The notes below the pieces were generated by a model that worked only from the letters and a program-made list of their open reading frames with translations, did no database searches and was not told the origin of the DNA. A DNA stretch of 64,000 nucleotides. Source: Paramoeba atlantica. Lineage: Eukaryota; Protista; Discosea. Position 1 is the first letter of the stretch. Each line of letters begins with the position of its first letter. The translations under genes were made by a program, and so were the position numbers. The stretch spans positions 1 to 64,000 of the forward strand of contig CDRNVI010000178.1 of NCBI GenBank assembly GCA_977017575.1, given 5' to 3'. Shown piece after piece: positions 1-9,714 of the stretch.

Positions 1-1718
1 GCTTTCCCCAGCAACAAAGTCAAGATGCTTTTGACAGCTTTGCTCGCTTATCAATGAATCAGTCTCGAGTTGAGCAAGAACCACAAGTGGGGCAATTTCA
101 ACAATTTACTCAACCACCACAACCTCAGCCAACCCAAGTAATGCCTGAACCTCAGCCTCAGCCTCAGCAAGCCCAACCACAACAGGAGGATCCCCGTGAT
201 GCAAAGATATTAGACTTGAAGAAGAGGCTTCTTGGACTTCAAAAACTCTTCAAAATCGAGAAAGAGAAGAGACTTGCAGCGGAAGGAAAAGTTGGTCAAC
301 TTGAAGAACAGATTTCCAAGTGGAAGAGTGCTTATGATAATCTCCTTAAGAAAAATGAGAGTCTGCAAAGTGAATCGGGTCAACTTGACGATAAAGTTTA
401 TGAGCTCTCAAATCAAGTTCAGGTGTGTTTCTTTTTTTTTTATCATTTTTTTCTTCAATTATTTTTATTTAATTTAATTTTTTGGTGGTGTTGGTAGCAA
501 TTGGAAACTCAGCTCGAAGAAGATCGCGCCAAGTTCCTTTTTCACGAACTTGGAGAAATTGCTCGGGCAATTCAACTTGGATTGGTTCGTCTCAATAGCC
601 CAACACACCAAGGACGAGCAAATGCTTCTGCTCCCGAGGTTGCTGATGCTGTGAGCAAACTCCTCCAGGCAATTGGAATCCTTCAATCTGCGAAGGATGC
701 TCCTGGAAGGGTGTCTGCTCTCCGTGCTATTGGTTCTGCTGTCGAAGAATTGTTGGATGTTATCAAGGGTGTCTCAAATTTAACAGAGAATCCTCAAACA
801 AAACAACTGTTGTTCGATGCTGGAGCAGATGTCGCAAAGGCAGTCGCTGCTCTGCTTGCCGGGTTTAAACGTGAACCTGAGAATGATAGTGTTCTGGTTG
901 AAGGGAGAAAAGGGGTTGAAAGCCAGATCGAAAAATTGGATACCGCGCTCAAGGCTCTTCTTTCTGAAGGAGAAGGTACCGATGATGTTGTTGATTACGA
1001 TGCGTTCGCAGATGAAGCCTCTCGAGAACTCATGAAGGCAGTGCAAGCAATCGAAGATGCGGCGAAAAGACTCGAAGCTGCTCGTCAATCAAAGAAGGCA
1101 CAACCTGTTGTGGATCCTCTTCAAGCTGGAATCTCCGAGGCGATTATGGATGCTGCGATGGCAATTGCACAGGCAACTGCGAATTTAGTAAAGAATGCAA
1201 CGGTGGTTCAAGAAGAAAACATCAAGCAAGGCCGTGCTGGAAACAAAAGTGGGACTTTCTATAAACGTGATTGTGTTTGGTTGGAAGGTTTGATTTCTGC
1301 TGCGAGGGCTATTGCTGCTGCAACTTCTAATTTAGTAGCTTGTGCCAACGATGCTGCTGATGGGAAAGTGGATGAGGAGACTCTCTTAGCTGCTTCTCAG
1401 GAAGTCTCAGCTGCAACTGCTCAGCTCGTATGTTCAGCTCGTGTCCGATCTGATCCAAACAGTGAAGGACAAAAACGATTAGAAGATGCGAGTAAGGCTG
1501 TTTCTTCTGCCACACATCATTTGGTCGAGGCAGCAAAGGCGGCTCGTGCCCGAAAAGATGCTGAAGAAGAAGAGAAACTTCAGGTGGAATTCCAAACCCC
1601 TATGAGGAAAATGTTGGCAGTTCAAGAAGCAAAAGCAGATATTCTGAGATTACAAAATCAATTAGAAAAAGCACAAAAACGATTGACGTCGATACACAGT
1701 GCAGAATATCAGAAGTAA
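1..1718 (+). CDS. Sla2/HIP1R-like actin-clathrin adaptor, 3' part (Q/P-rich linker, coiled coil, talin-like bundle, C-terminal I/LWEQ/THATCH domain); 5'-truncated by the window edge
   Basis: Frame is open from base 3; intron 423-497 (CAG|GTGTGT...TAG) joins ORFs 54..497 and 501..1718 in frame; I/LWEQ motifs WLEGLISAARAIAAAT, EVSAATAQLV, LEDASKAV. Confidence 0.85.
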
Positions 1719-1971
1719 AACAAATCAATGAACCAAAAAACAGAAAGAAAAAAAAAAAATCATCACTGCTTCTCTTCGCCATTCTTTTTTGAAATTGGTG
1801 TCCTTAATCTGAAAAAGACACCATAATCTTTTTTCAAGTTCAAAAAGTTAAAACGGTGCTTTTCAGAACTATCTTTCGTTTTTCTTTTTTTTGGGTTTTG
1901 TTTTTTTGTTTTGGTTTGGGGTCCGGTTGAGGTTTTTGAATGGTTCCGGCATCTTGTTGAAGAAGATCTTC

Positions 1972-4578
1972 ATGGCCGACAGCCAAGAGACCACAAGACA
2001 CTCTTCACAAGAAGAATATCAACTTCGCAGTGGATTCCTTTTCAAAAAACCAGAGGTGAGGATTCTTTTCTTTCCCCCTCGAGCGGGGGTGTGTGGTGAA
2101 TCTCTTTCTCTTTAACCCCCCGATTCCGTTCAAATAGCGTGGAGTCACTGGATGGAAAAAGCGGTTCTGCGTTTTAACAGAAACAAAACTTTCTTATTAT
2201 AAACGAGGAAACTCAACTCCTGCATCGACTGAACCTCCTGGTGAGCTCAAAGGAACCATTCTGATCAACTCTGATTGTGAGGTTTGAGATTGTGTTTTTT
2301 TGAGGGGGACGGTTTTAATAACTCTTTTGGAATTCAACAAACCAACAAACAAAATAGGTTAGTGATGCAAGTCATCGAACAGGGACAGAGACTCAGTTTA
2401 CTTTTTTTGCAAAAGATCGGGAGTATGCCTTCAAAGCGAATGATCGGTTCATTTTTCTTCTCTTTTTGAAGTCTTCTTGAAGAAGATGGGCAGTCTTGAG
2501 GATGGATGAAAAAAAGAGGCCAGGAGCCAATGTTTAATTATTTCCTTTTTTTTATAGAGCGGAAGCTCACCAGTGGATTGATCTCCTCAAGAAGGTCATT
2601 GAAGAATCAAAACGTAGACTTTTTTTTTAGTTAAAGAGAGTGAGAGGGAGAAGAGAAAAGGAGAGAACGAACAAAAAAGCAAGCAAAAGAGAACAATCAA
2701 AGAGTAAACAGAAGAGAAAGTAATATGAGAAAATGAATAGGTAAAAAACAATGTTTGAGTGCACCCGAACGGTTATCATTCCCAACTGAGAATGTCATCT
2801 TTGGAGGTTTTTCTTTGTTTATGAATCTGGGACAAACAAGACACTGTCGAATAACTTTTCACCTTCTTTTGAAAACAGTTTTGCTCTCACATGCTGTCAA
2901 TCGGGAAAAAAAGGGAGATTATCACATCCCATCCTTACTCCAAATGATCATGGATTGGCTTGAGGATCATGCTCTCCAAACTCCTGGTTTGATTTTTTCT
3001 GATTCTTTTCTCTCTTCTATTGGTTGATCTTTATTATTAATATTGGTATTTTTAACAGGTATATTCCGGCTCTCAGGATCTCATGCTGATGTTCGTTCGC
3101 TCATCGAACAACTTGAACAAAGTTTGATTGTTTCTTTTCTTTCTTTTCTTTTTTCCTGTGTAGAATTACTGAAAGAGAGAATCCAATAATTCTCTAGATG
3201 AGATAAAATCGATCCCAGAGACTACAGATCCACACGCTGTAGCGAATATGCTGAAACAATACTTTCGTGATTTACCAACGTGTATCTTCCCATCAAATTT
3301 ATACCCAGCTTATCTTGTTTGTGAACAAAAACTTACTGAAAAGTATCTTCTTCAACTTGAAGTCTTTTATTATTCACTCAAGGCATTTTTCTGATAAAGT
3401 AATTAAACAGAGAAATGAAGATTATGGCCTTAAGAAAGTTAAACCAAAGACTCCCAAAGTGCCACCGGTGGCTTCTCTACAAAACATTTGAGGTTTTGAA
3501 TCTTGATTGTTTTCGATCTTTTCTCTTTTCTTTTTGGTTTTCTGATCATTTTCGAAACCAGTTAATGGAGAAATTTAATAAGCATGAAGAAGTTACACAT
3601 ATGACTGTGAGTAATATTGCGATTGTTTTGTGTCCCAATTTTTTTCAAGCCCCGCCTTCTGTTTGTCTCGTTCAATCAATTAAAGATACTCCATTTTTCC
3701 TCTCTCTCACAAAACTTTTTCTTGAGGTATCATATTTATTTTTAACAAATGATCCAATAACATAATTTTTTGATTCAATTTCTCCCTCCCCCAAAAAGAA
3801 TTATCGTATCATCTTCGAGGAAGAAGAAGCGTATGCACAACAAAATCCGGTGGTTAAAAAAACTACCTCCAAAGCTTTGACAAGAAATATTTCTTCACCT
3901 TCTTCTCGACGACAGAAAATAGAAGTGAACGCAAAATTATTTTTTCGGTCTTCGACCCCAGAACCAGAACCAAGACCGGTACTTTCAGGAAGCGATTTTG
4001 CTTTGCGTGAGGGTAATAAGGTCAATCTGAGGGGTAGAAGAAGAGCAGCAACTCGAGCTGATGAGGAAGAAGAGGAAGAAAAGGATTCAGCTCGAGTGTG
4101 TGTTCCTGCACATTCACAACCACACACGTTAAATATTGAATCAGCCCCATTACCTCCTCCCCTTTCGCCGCCACCTGTTATGCAATCTCCCCCGCCTTCT
4201 TCATCCTCTTCATCATCCAATTCTTCTTCTTCTTCAAAAACTTCTTCGCTTGCTGAGGCTTTCAATCCCATTCGATCATTTTTGACGACATCGAAGAGCT
4301 CAGCAGCTTCTGCAAAACCCAACAAACCTACCGCCCCACCACCACGTTCTCCATCCAAACCCCCTGGCCTACCACCACCGCGTTCCCCATCCCCACCACT
4401 CCAGGCCTTGTCGACCGGTTCTCTTCGTTCTCCACGAAGAGGAATGAGATTTGACAGATCGCTCCAAGGTGAAATCACTACAATGATTGGGGAAGCAAGT
4501 AAGCCAATGCCTTTGGGGAATGTCAGCCTGCTTGACCGTACAGAGCCGCTTAACCGTGCAGAGGATTGGGAGCTCTAA
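1972..4578 (+). CDS. PH-domain RhoGAP with Pro/Ser-rich C-terminal tail (multi-exon)
   Basis: Spliced by eye: RSGFLFKKPE|RGVTGWKKRFCVL (PH), EAHQWIDLLKK; RhoGAP motifs TPG|IFRLSG, DPHAVANMLKQYFRDLP, THMTVSNIAIVLCPNFF; last exon is ORF 3850..4578. Confidence 0.85.
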
Positions 4579-4709
4579 TAGTCTCTCCCATCCCCAGCGT
4601 TGTTCCCCCCACCACCTTTATTGTAAATTCTAGAAATCTGTATTTATTGAACAAGATAAAAAAATAAAATAAAAAGTGATTAAATCTCCCAGCTTATTGT
4701 TTTTGTGAA

Positions 4710-5654
4710 TTAAAGAGAAACTGGGAGAATGAGTCCATCATACGCCAACTCAACACTCTCAATCCCACAATCAGTTCCCAGATCAGCAAGCTTTGAAGCA
4801 AACAAACCATTTGTCTTTGTATGATCAATGTCACAATACATTCCCACTCCATAAACTCTTTTTGGTTTGAGATCTGTGACTAAGTCCCACATTTGATCAA
4901 TACAAAAATGAGAAAAGTGTGTTTTACCGACTCCCAGAATGCAATCGATGATTAAGATGGAGATGAATGGAAGAGAACGAAGAAAAGTAAGAGTTTGTTC
5001 TCCAATAAAACTGACATCAGAAAGATAAACAACTCGAGTTTGAGTTCCAAACACAAACCCAAGGCATTGATACCCTTTTCCATGTTCAACAGGAATAGAA
5101 ATAAATCCTCCAAACTTTTCTGAACCAGGTGGTGTAAATCGTTCCACTTTTTGATCAGACAACATGCGGAGAGATAGACAAGTCACTTTTCGATCAAGAT
5201 GAGTGTTTGGATCTTTTTCTATCTTTTCTGAAGCATCAACAATGTAGTCGATTTGGTTTCTCAATGTATTGAGAGTGTGTTGAGAGAGATAAGTGGGGAT
5301 TGGTGTTTGACAGATTCGTTGCTCATCTCGTTTGACGAATATTTGAAGATCACGAAGATCATCAATCCCCTGGATAGCATCTGCATGCTCATGAGTGAGA
5401 AGAAGAGCAGAGAGAGAAGAGATTTTTTGGGGAGATAAAACACGAAGAAAAGCAGCACGAAATGTTTTCCCACAATCAATCAAAATGTTCGAATCTGTCT
5501 CTCGAACTCGAACCATCAAAGAGACATTGTTTCGGCGGTTGAGGCTATTGGGTTGGATGGAATCAGTACAAACACTGCAAGATCCATCAAGGTGGCCAAG
5601 GATAGGAATAGCTGTTGAAGCGCCTGTCCCAACGAAGACCAACTCCTCCGCCAT
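4710..5654 (-). CDS. Metallo-beta-lactamase-fold hydrolase, PhnP/C777.06c-like, copy 1 (intronless)
   Basis: 314-aa ORF; GTGAS, RRNNVS, LIDCGKTF, THEHADA..GIDDLR, PVEHG, YLSDVS, SHF, LAYDG motifs. Confidence 0.9.
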   Translation of the reverse strand: MAEELVFVGTGASTAIPILGHLDGSCSVCTDSIQPNSLNRRNNVSLMVRVRETDSNILIDCGKTFRAAFLRVLSPQKISSLSALLLTHEHADAIQGIDDLRDLQIFVKRDEQRICQTPIPTYLSQHTLNTLRNQIDYIVDASEKIEKDPNTHLDRKVTCLSLRMLSDQKVERFTPPGSEKFGGFISIPVEHGKGYQCLGFVFGTQTRVVYLSDVSFIGEQTLTFLRSLPFISILIIDCILGVGKTHFSHFCIDQMWDLVTDLKPKRVYGVGMYCDIDHTKTNGLFASKLADLGTDCGIESVELAYDGLILPVSL

Positions 5655-5686
5655 TCGAACAACTCGAGAAAGAGAAAAAGAACTGA

Positions 5687-5694
5687 TGACGTCA
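5687..5694. promoter_or_regulatory. CRE-like palindrome TGACGTCA upstream of MBL copy 1
   Basis: GATGACGTCAG ~33 bp upstream of the ATG at 5654; the same 11-mer is at 8320-8330. Confidence 0.4.
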
Positions 5695-5843
5695 GGTTTT
5701 ATTTGTCGGGCTCCGATATTTTAATTTTTTTTTTGGCTTGGATTTTCAATGGAAAATATTTCAAAAAATGTTCCTTTTTTATTTTCAGTTGTTTCGTTTT
5801 TCTGGTTTTTCCTCTGTTTGAAAAGAAACAAAAAAATTAAGAA

Positions 5844-6756
5844 ATGGAGAAGGAGAAGAACCCACAACACATGCATTCTGCATCTTATCAAAATAAGCCA
5901 AAAGATTTGGAAAAATTGTTACAAGATGGTTATCCTGTTGATGCTGTCGGAGCCAGTGTTTGTATTTTTTTTTTTTTGTATTTTCTTTTTCTTTTCCTCA
6001 AATTTTTTTTTTTCCTAATCAATCATTTTCTTTCAAGGGATGGGTCTGCTTTTTATTGCTCTCCTCTTATATATTTATTATTCACATCAAAAGAAAGATC
6101 CCATTGCATTCAGCAGCACAGGGGGGGAGTGTGGCCGCTGCCACAATTCTTCTTGAACACCAAGCCACCGTTGATGCTCAAGATGCAGTATTCTTTCTTT
6201 TTCCTTCTTCTTTTTCAACAATATAATCATTCCACTTGTCAGGTCGTATTGTTTTCCTTATTTTCTCTTTTCATTCTGACTCTTGCATTTTAAGAGGCCA
6301 TCTCAATAACAGGGTCAGGTCAGTTTTGACAACTTTTTTTTTTCCTCTTGAAACTTTATTGTTAATCTGAGAGGAACAAAAAAAAGACTCCATTGCATGT
6401 AGCCGCAGGGTATGGGCACAGAGATCTGTGTGATTTACTTTTAGAATTTGGTGCAGACTCAAATCTCAAAGCAGTTCTTTGATTTCTTTTCCTTTTTCCT
6501 CCTTTTCCTTCTGACCTCTTCTTCTTCTCTCACAAAATTAGAATGGTCTTTCTTTTTTGAATTTGGGCATCCAGAAAATGAGTTCATTTTGAAAAATAGA
6601 TGGCAGAACACCAATTGACAAGGCAAACTCTGAGGAATTAAAACTATTCCTCCAGGTGATAATCCTTTCTCAATTTCTTTCATTTCAAGAAAATTTTGAT
6701 CATTATTGAAACAGACAAAAGGCACCACCAATCTTAAACCTGCAAAAAAAAAATAG
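5844..6756 (+). CDS. Small ankyrin-repeat protein (multi-exon)
   Basis: Exon pieces IPLHSAAQGGSVAAATILLEHQATVDAQD, KTPLHVAAGYGHRDLCDLLLEFGADSNLK, GRTPIDKA; stop TAG at 6754-6756; internal exon boundaries partly uncertain. Confidence 0.7.
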
Positions 6757-7130
6757 ATCCAATTACAATTTAAATAAAACTTTCTCTCTATCTCACAACA
6801 AGATCTTGAAAATAGTATGGTTATCAGTTGATGAATGTGGATTTTAAAATATTTTTCCTTTGAATTTCAGGTATGGATTTAGTTCAATTTTATTATCCTC
6901 TCTCTCACTCAGTAACAGGAAAATAACATTTTAAAATAAAGCTAAAGGTCTATGATTTCACTGAGAACAAAATAAAAAAACAAAGACCAATTTCAACTTG
7001 AAAGAACTGTGAATTTTGGTATTTTGATTGAAGTGATCCAACACACTCAAAGTTTTTGATGTTTGGTATTGAAAATCACCTTCCTCTCTTCAGAGAAACC
7101 TTTGAGAAACCTTTAAGCTCAATATTTTCC

Positions 7131-7180
7131 TCGAGAGAGAAAAAGAACTGATGATATTAGCTTTTGTTTGTCGAGCTTTT
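7131..7180. repeat. Degenerate direct-repeat copy of the MBL1 promoter segment (5665-5715)
   Basis: tcgagagagaaaaagaactgatgatattagcttttgtttgtcgagct versus tcgagaaagagaaaaagaactgatgacgtcaggttttatttgtcgggct. Confidence 0.7.
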
Positions 7181-7305
7181 TCTCGATAGAGGGAAGATTG
7201 CCTTTCATATTCTGACCTCATCTGGTCAATTCAAGAATTCTTGTATTTATTGAACAAAGAAATAAAAGTGCTTAAATCTCCCAGTTCTCTCAAGTGTAAG
7301 TTGTT

Positions 7306-8262
7306 TTAAAGAGAAACTGGGAGAATGAGACCATCATACGCTAACTCAACACTCTCAATCCCACAATCAGATCCCAGATCAGCAAGCTTTGAAGCAAACA
7401 AACCATTTGTCTTTGTATGTTCTAATTCACAAAACATTCCCACTCCATAAACTCTTTTTGGTTTGAGATCTGTGACTAAGTCCCACACTTGATCAATACA
7501 AAAATGAGAAAAGTGTGTTTTACCTTGTCCAAGAAGACAATCGATGATTAAGATGGAGATGAATGGAAGAGAACGAAGAAAAGTAAGAGTTTGTTCTCCA
7601 ATAAAACTGACATCAGAAAGATAAACAACTCGAGTTTGAGTTCCAAACACAAACCCAAGGCATTGATATCCTTTTCCATGTTCAACAGGGATAGAAACAA
7701 ACCCTCCAAACTTTTCTGAACCAGGTGGTGTAAATTGTTCCACTTTTTGATCAGATAACACCTGAAGAGACAGGCAAGTCACTTTTCGATCAAGATGAGT
7801 GTTTGGATCTTTTTCTATCTTTTCTGAAGCATCAACAATGTAGTCGATTTGGTTTCTCAATGTACTGAGAGTGTGTTGAGAGAGATAAGTGGGGATTGGT
7901 GTTTGACAGATTCGTTGCTCATCTCGTTTGATGAATATTTGAAGATCACGAAGATCATCAATCCCCTGAACAGCATCGGCATGATCGTGAGTGAGAAGAA
8001 GAGCAGAAAGAGAAGAGATTTTTTGGGGAGATAAAACACGAAGAAAAGCAGCACGAAATGTTTTCCCACAATCAATCAAAATGTTCGAGTCTGTCTCTCG
8101 AACTCGAACCATCAAAGAGACATTGTTTCGGCGGTTGAGGCTATTGGGTTGGATGGAATCAGTACAAACACTGCAAGATCCATCAAGGTGGCCAAGGATA
8201 GGAATAGCTGTTGAAACACCAGTGCCAACGAAGACCAACTCGTCATCGCATCTCTTCGCCAT
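7306..8262 (-). CDS. Metallo-beta-lactamase-fold hydrolase, PhnP/C777.06c-like, copy 2 (intronless)
   Basis: 318-aa ORF, near-identical to copy 1; THDHADA motif. Confidence 0.9.
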   Translation of the reverse strand: MAKRCDDELVFVGTGVSTAIPILGHLDGSCSVCTDSIQPNSLNRRNNVSLMVRVRETDSNILIDCGKTFRAAFLRVLSPQKISSLSALLLTHDHADAVQGIDDLRDLQIFIKRDEQRICQTPIPTYLSQHTLSTLRNQIDYIVDASEKIEKDPNTHLDRKVTCLSLQVLSDQKVEQFTPPGSEKFGGFVSIPVEHGKGYQCLGFVFGTQTRVVYLSDVSFIGEQTLTFLRSLPFISILIIDCLLGQGKTHFSHFCIDQVWDLVTDLKPKRVYGVGMFCELEHTKTNGLFASKLADLGSDCGIESVELAYDGLILPVSL

Positions 8263-8321
8263 TCACCCAAAACACACCAAAAACACAAAACCACACCAAA
8301 AAAGACTTCCAAAAAACGAGA

Positions 8322-8329
8322 TGACGTCA
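8322..8329. promoter_or_regulatory. CRE-like palindrome TGACGTCA in the 120-bp divergent promoter of MBL copies 2 and 3
   Basis: Perfect palindrome roughly midway between the ATGs at 8262 (-) and 8383 (+). Confidence 0.4.
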
Positions 8330-8382
8330 GCTTTTTTGTTTCGTTTTTGTTTTCGAGAACCTCTCTCTTCTCTCCTCCCACA

Positions 8383-9354
8383 ATGGCTGACGACGGATCG
8401 GTCCTTCCTGATGAACTGGTCTTTGTTGGAACAGGACACTCCGCTGCTATCCCAAGTATTGGTCATTTGAACGACACTTGTGAAGTTTGTATGGATTCTA
8501 TGAAACCAAATAGTCGGAATCGTCGGAATAATGTTTCCATTCTCATTCGTGTTGGTGCTACAAACTCCAATATCATGATCGATTGTGGAAAAACTTTTCG
8601 CGATGCATTTTTGGACGTCTTAGCCCCCCGAAAGGTCTCTTCCCTCTCTTCTCTTCTCCTGACCCATCAACATGCAGACGCTCTTCAAGGGGTTGATGAC
8701 CTTCGTGATCTCCAACAATTTCAATTTTCGATCGACCACAAAACAAGATGTCTCACACCAACACCAACTTATCTTTCACAGTACACATTGGACAGTTTGA
8801 AACGACAGTACAGCTACATTACAAACGCTTCAGACAAAGTTACAAAAGATCCAAATGTACTTCTCGATCGAAAAGTGACTTGTCTGTCTCTTCATGTGTT
8901 GTCTGATCAAAAAGTGGAACAATTTACACCACCTGGTTCAGAAAAGTTTGGAGGGTTTGTTTCTATTCCTGTTGAACATGGAAAAGGATACCAATGCCTT
9001 GGGTTTGTGTTTGGAACTCAAACTCGAGTTGTTTATCTTTCTGATGTCAGTTTTATTGGAGAACAAACCCTTACTTTTCTTCGTTCTCTTCCATTCATCT
9101 CCATCTTAATCATCGATTGTCTTTATGGGGAAGGTAAAACACACTTTTCTCATTTTTGTATTGATCAAGTGTGGGACTTAGTCATAGATCTCAAACCAAA
9201 AAGAACTTTTTGTGTGGGGATTCATTGTACGTTGGACCATACAAAAACAAATTCCCTCTTGGCATCGCGACTTGATTCGTTAGGAGATTCGAAAGGTGGG
9301 ATTGAGAGTGTTGAGTTAGCGTATGATGGACTCGAACTTCCAGTGAGTCTTTAA
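8383..9354 (+). CDS. Metallo-beta-lactamase-fold hydrolase, PhnP/C777.06c-like, copy 3 (intronless, inverted)
   Basis: ATG at 8383 within ORF 8347..9354; THQHADA motif; N-terminal half diverged, central tract near-identical to copy 2. Confidence 0.9.
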   Translation: MADDGSVLPDELVFVGTGHSAAIPSIGHLNDTCEVCMDSMKPNSRNRRNNVSILIRVGATNSNIMIDCGKTFRDAFLDVLAPRKVSSLSSLLLTHQHADALQGVDDLRDLQQFQFSIDHKTRCLTPTPTYLSQYTLDSLKRQYSYITNASDKVTKDPNVLLDRKVTCLSLHVLSDQKVEQFTPPGSEKFGGFVSIPVEHGKGYQCLGFVFGTQTRVVYLSDVSFIGEQTLTFLRSLPFISILIIDCLYGEGKTHFSHFCIDQVWDLVIDLKPKRTFCVGIHCTLDHTKTNSLLASRLDSLGDSKGGIESVELAYDGLELPVSL

Positions 9355-9714
9355 TCGAATATTTTTGTGAGGAAAAAAAAAAGACCAAAAAAACAAAAAT
9401 TGAAAACAAAAATAAGTTCAGAATCAGATTCAATTTGAAATCCAAAAGTTGAGGGAGGGAAAATAAAACAAAAAACCACAAAACCACACAAAACAAACAC
9501 AAAACCACACAAAACACCAAAATTACCGGATTTGTTGGAGAGTGTTTTTCGCAGCATTTAATAATTGAAAAAAAGATTAAAAAGAAGTCAAAAAAATTAA
9601 ATAACCCCAATTAAGGACCATCTGAAACCACCGTCACTTTTCGGGTTTGTGTTTGGAGGTGAGTTTGTCTTCTCGCAGACCTCACAACAACAACAAATAA
9701 CAACACACACCAAG

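Noticed and set aside
3801-4478. Antisense ORFs over Pro/Ser-rich exons (also 20885..21544, 25117..25512, 48614..49084, 62739..63269)
   Set aside because: Shadow frames of low-complexity coding sequence with no independent motifs
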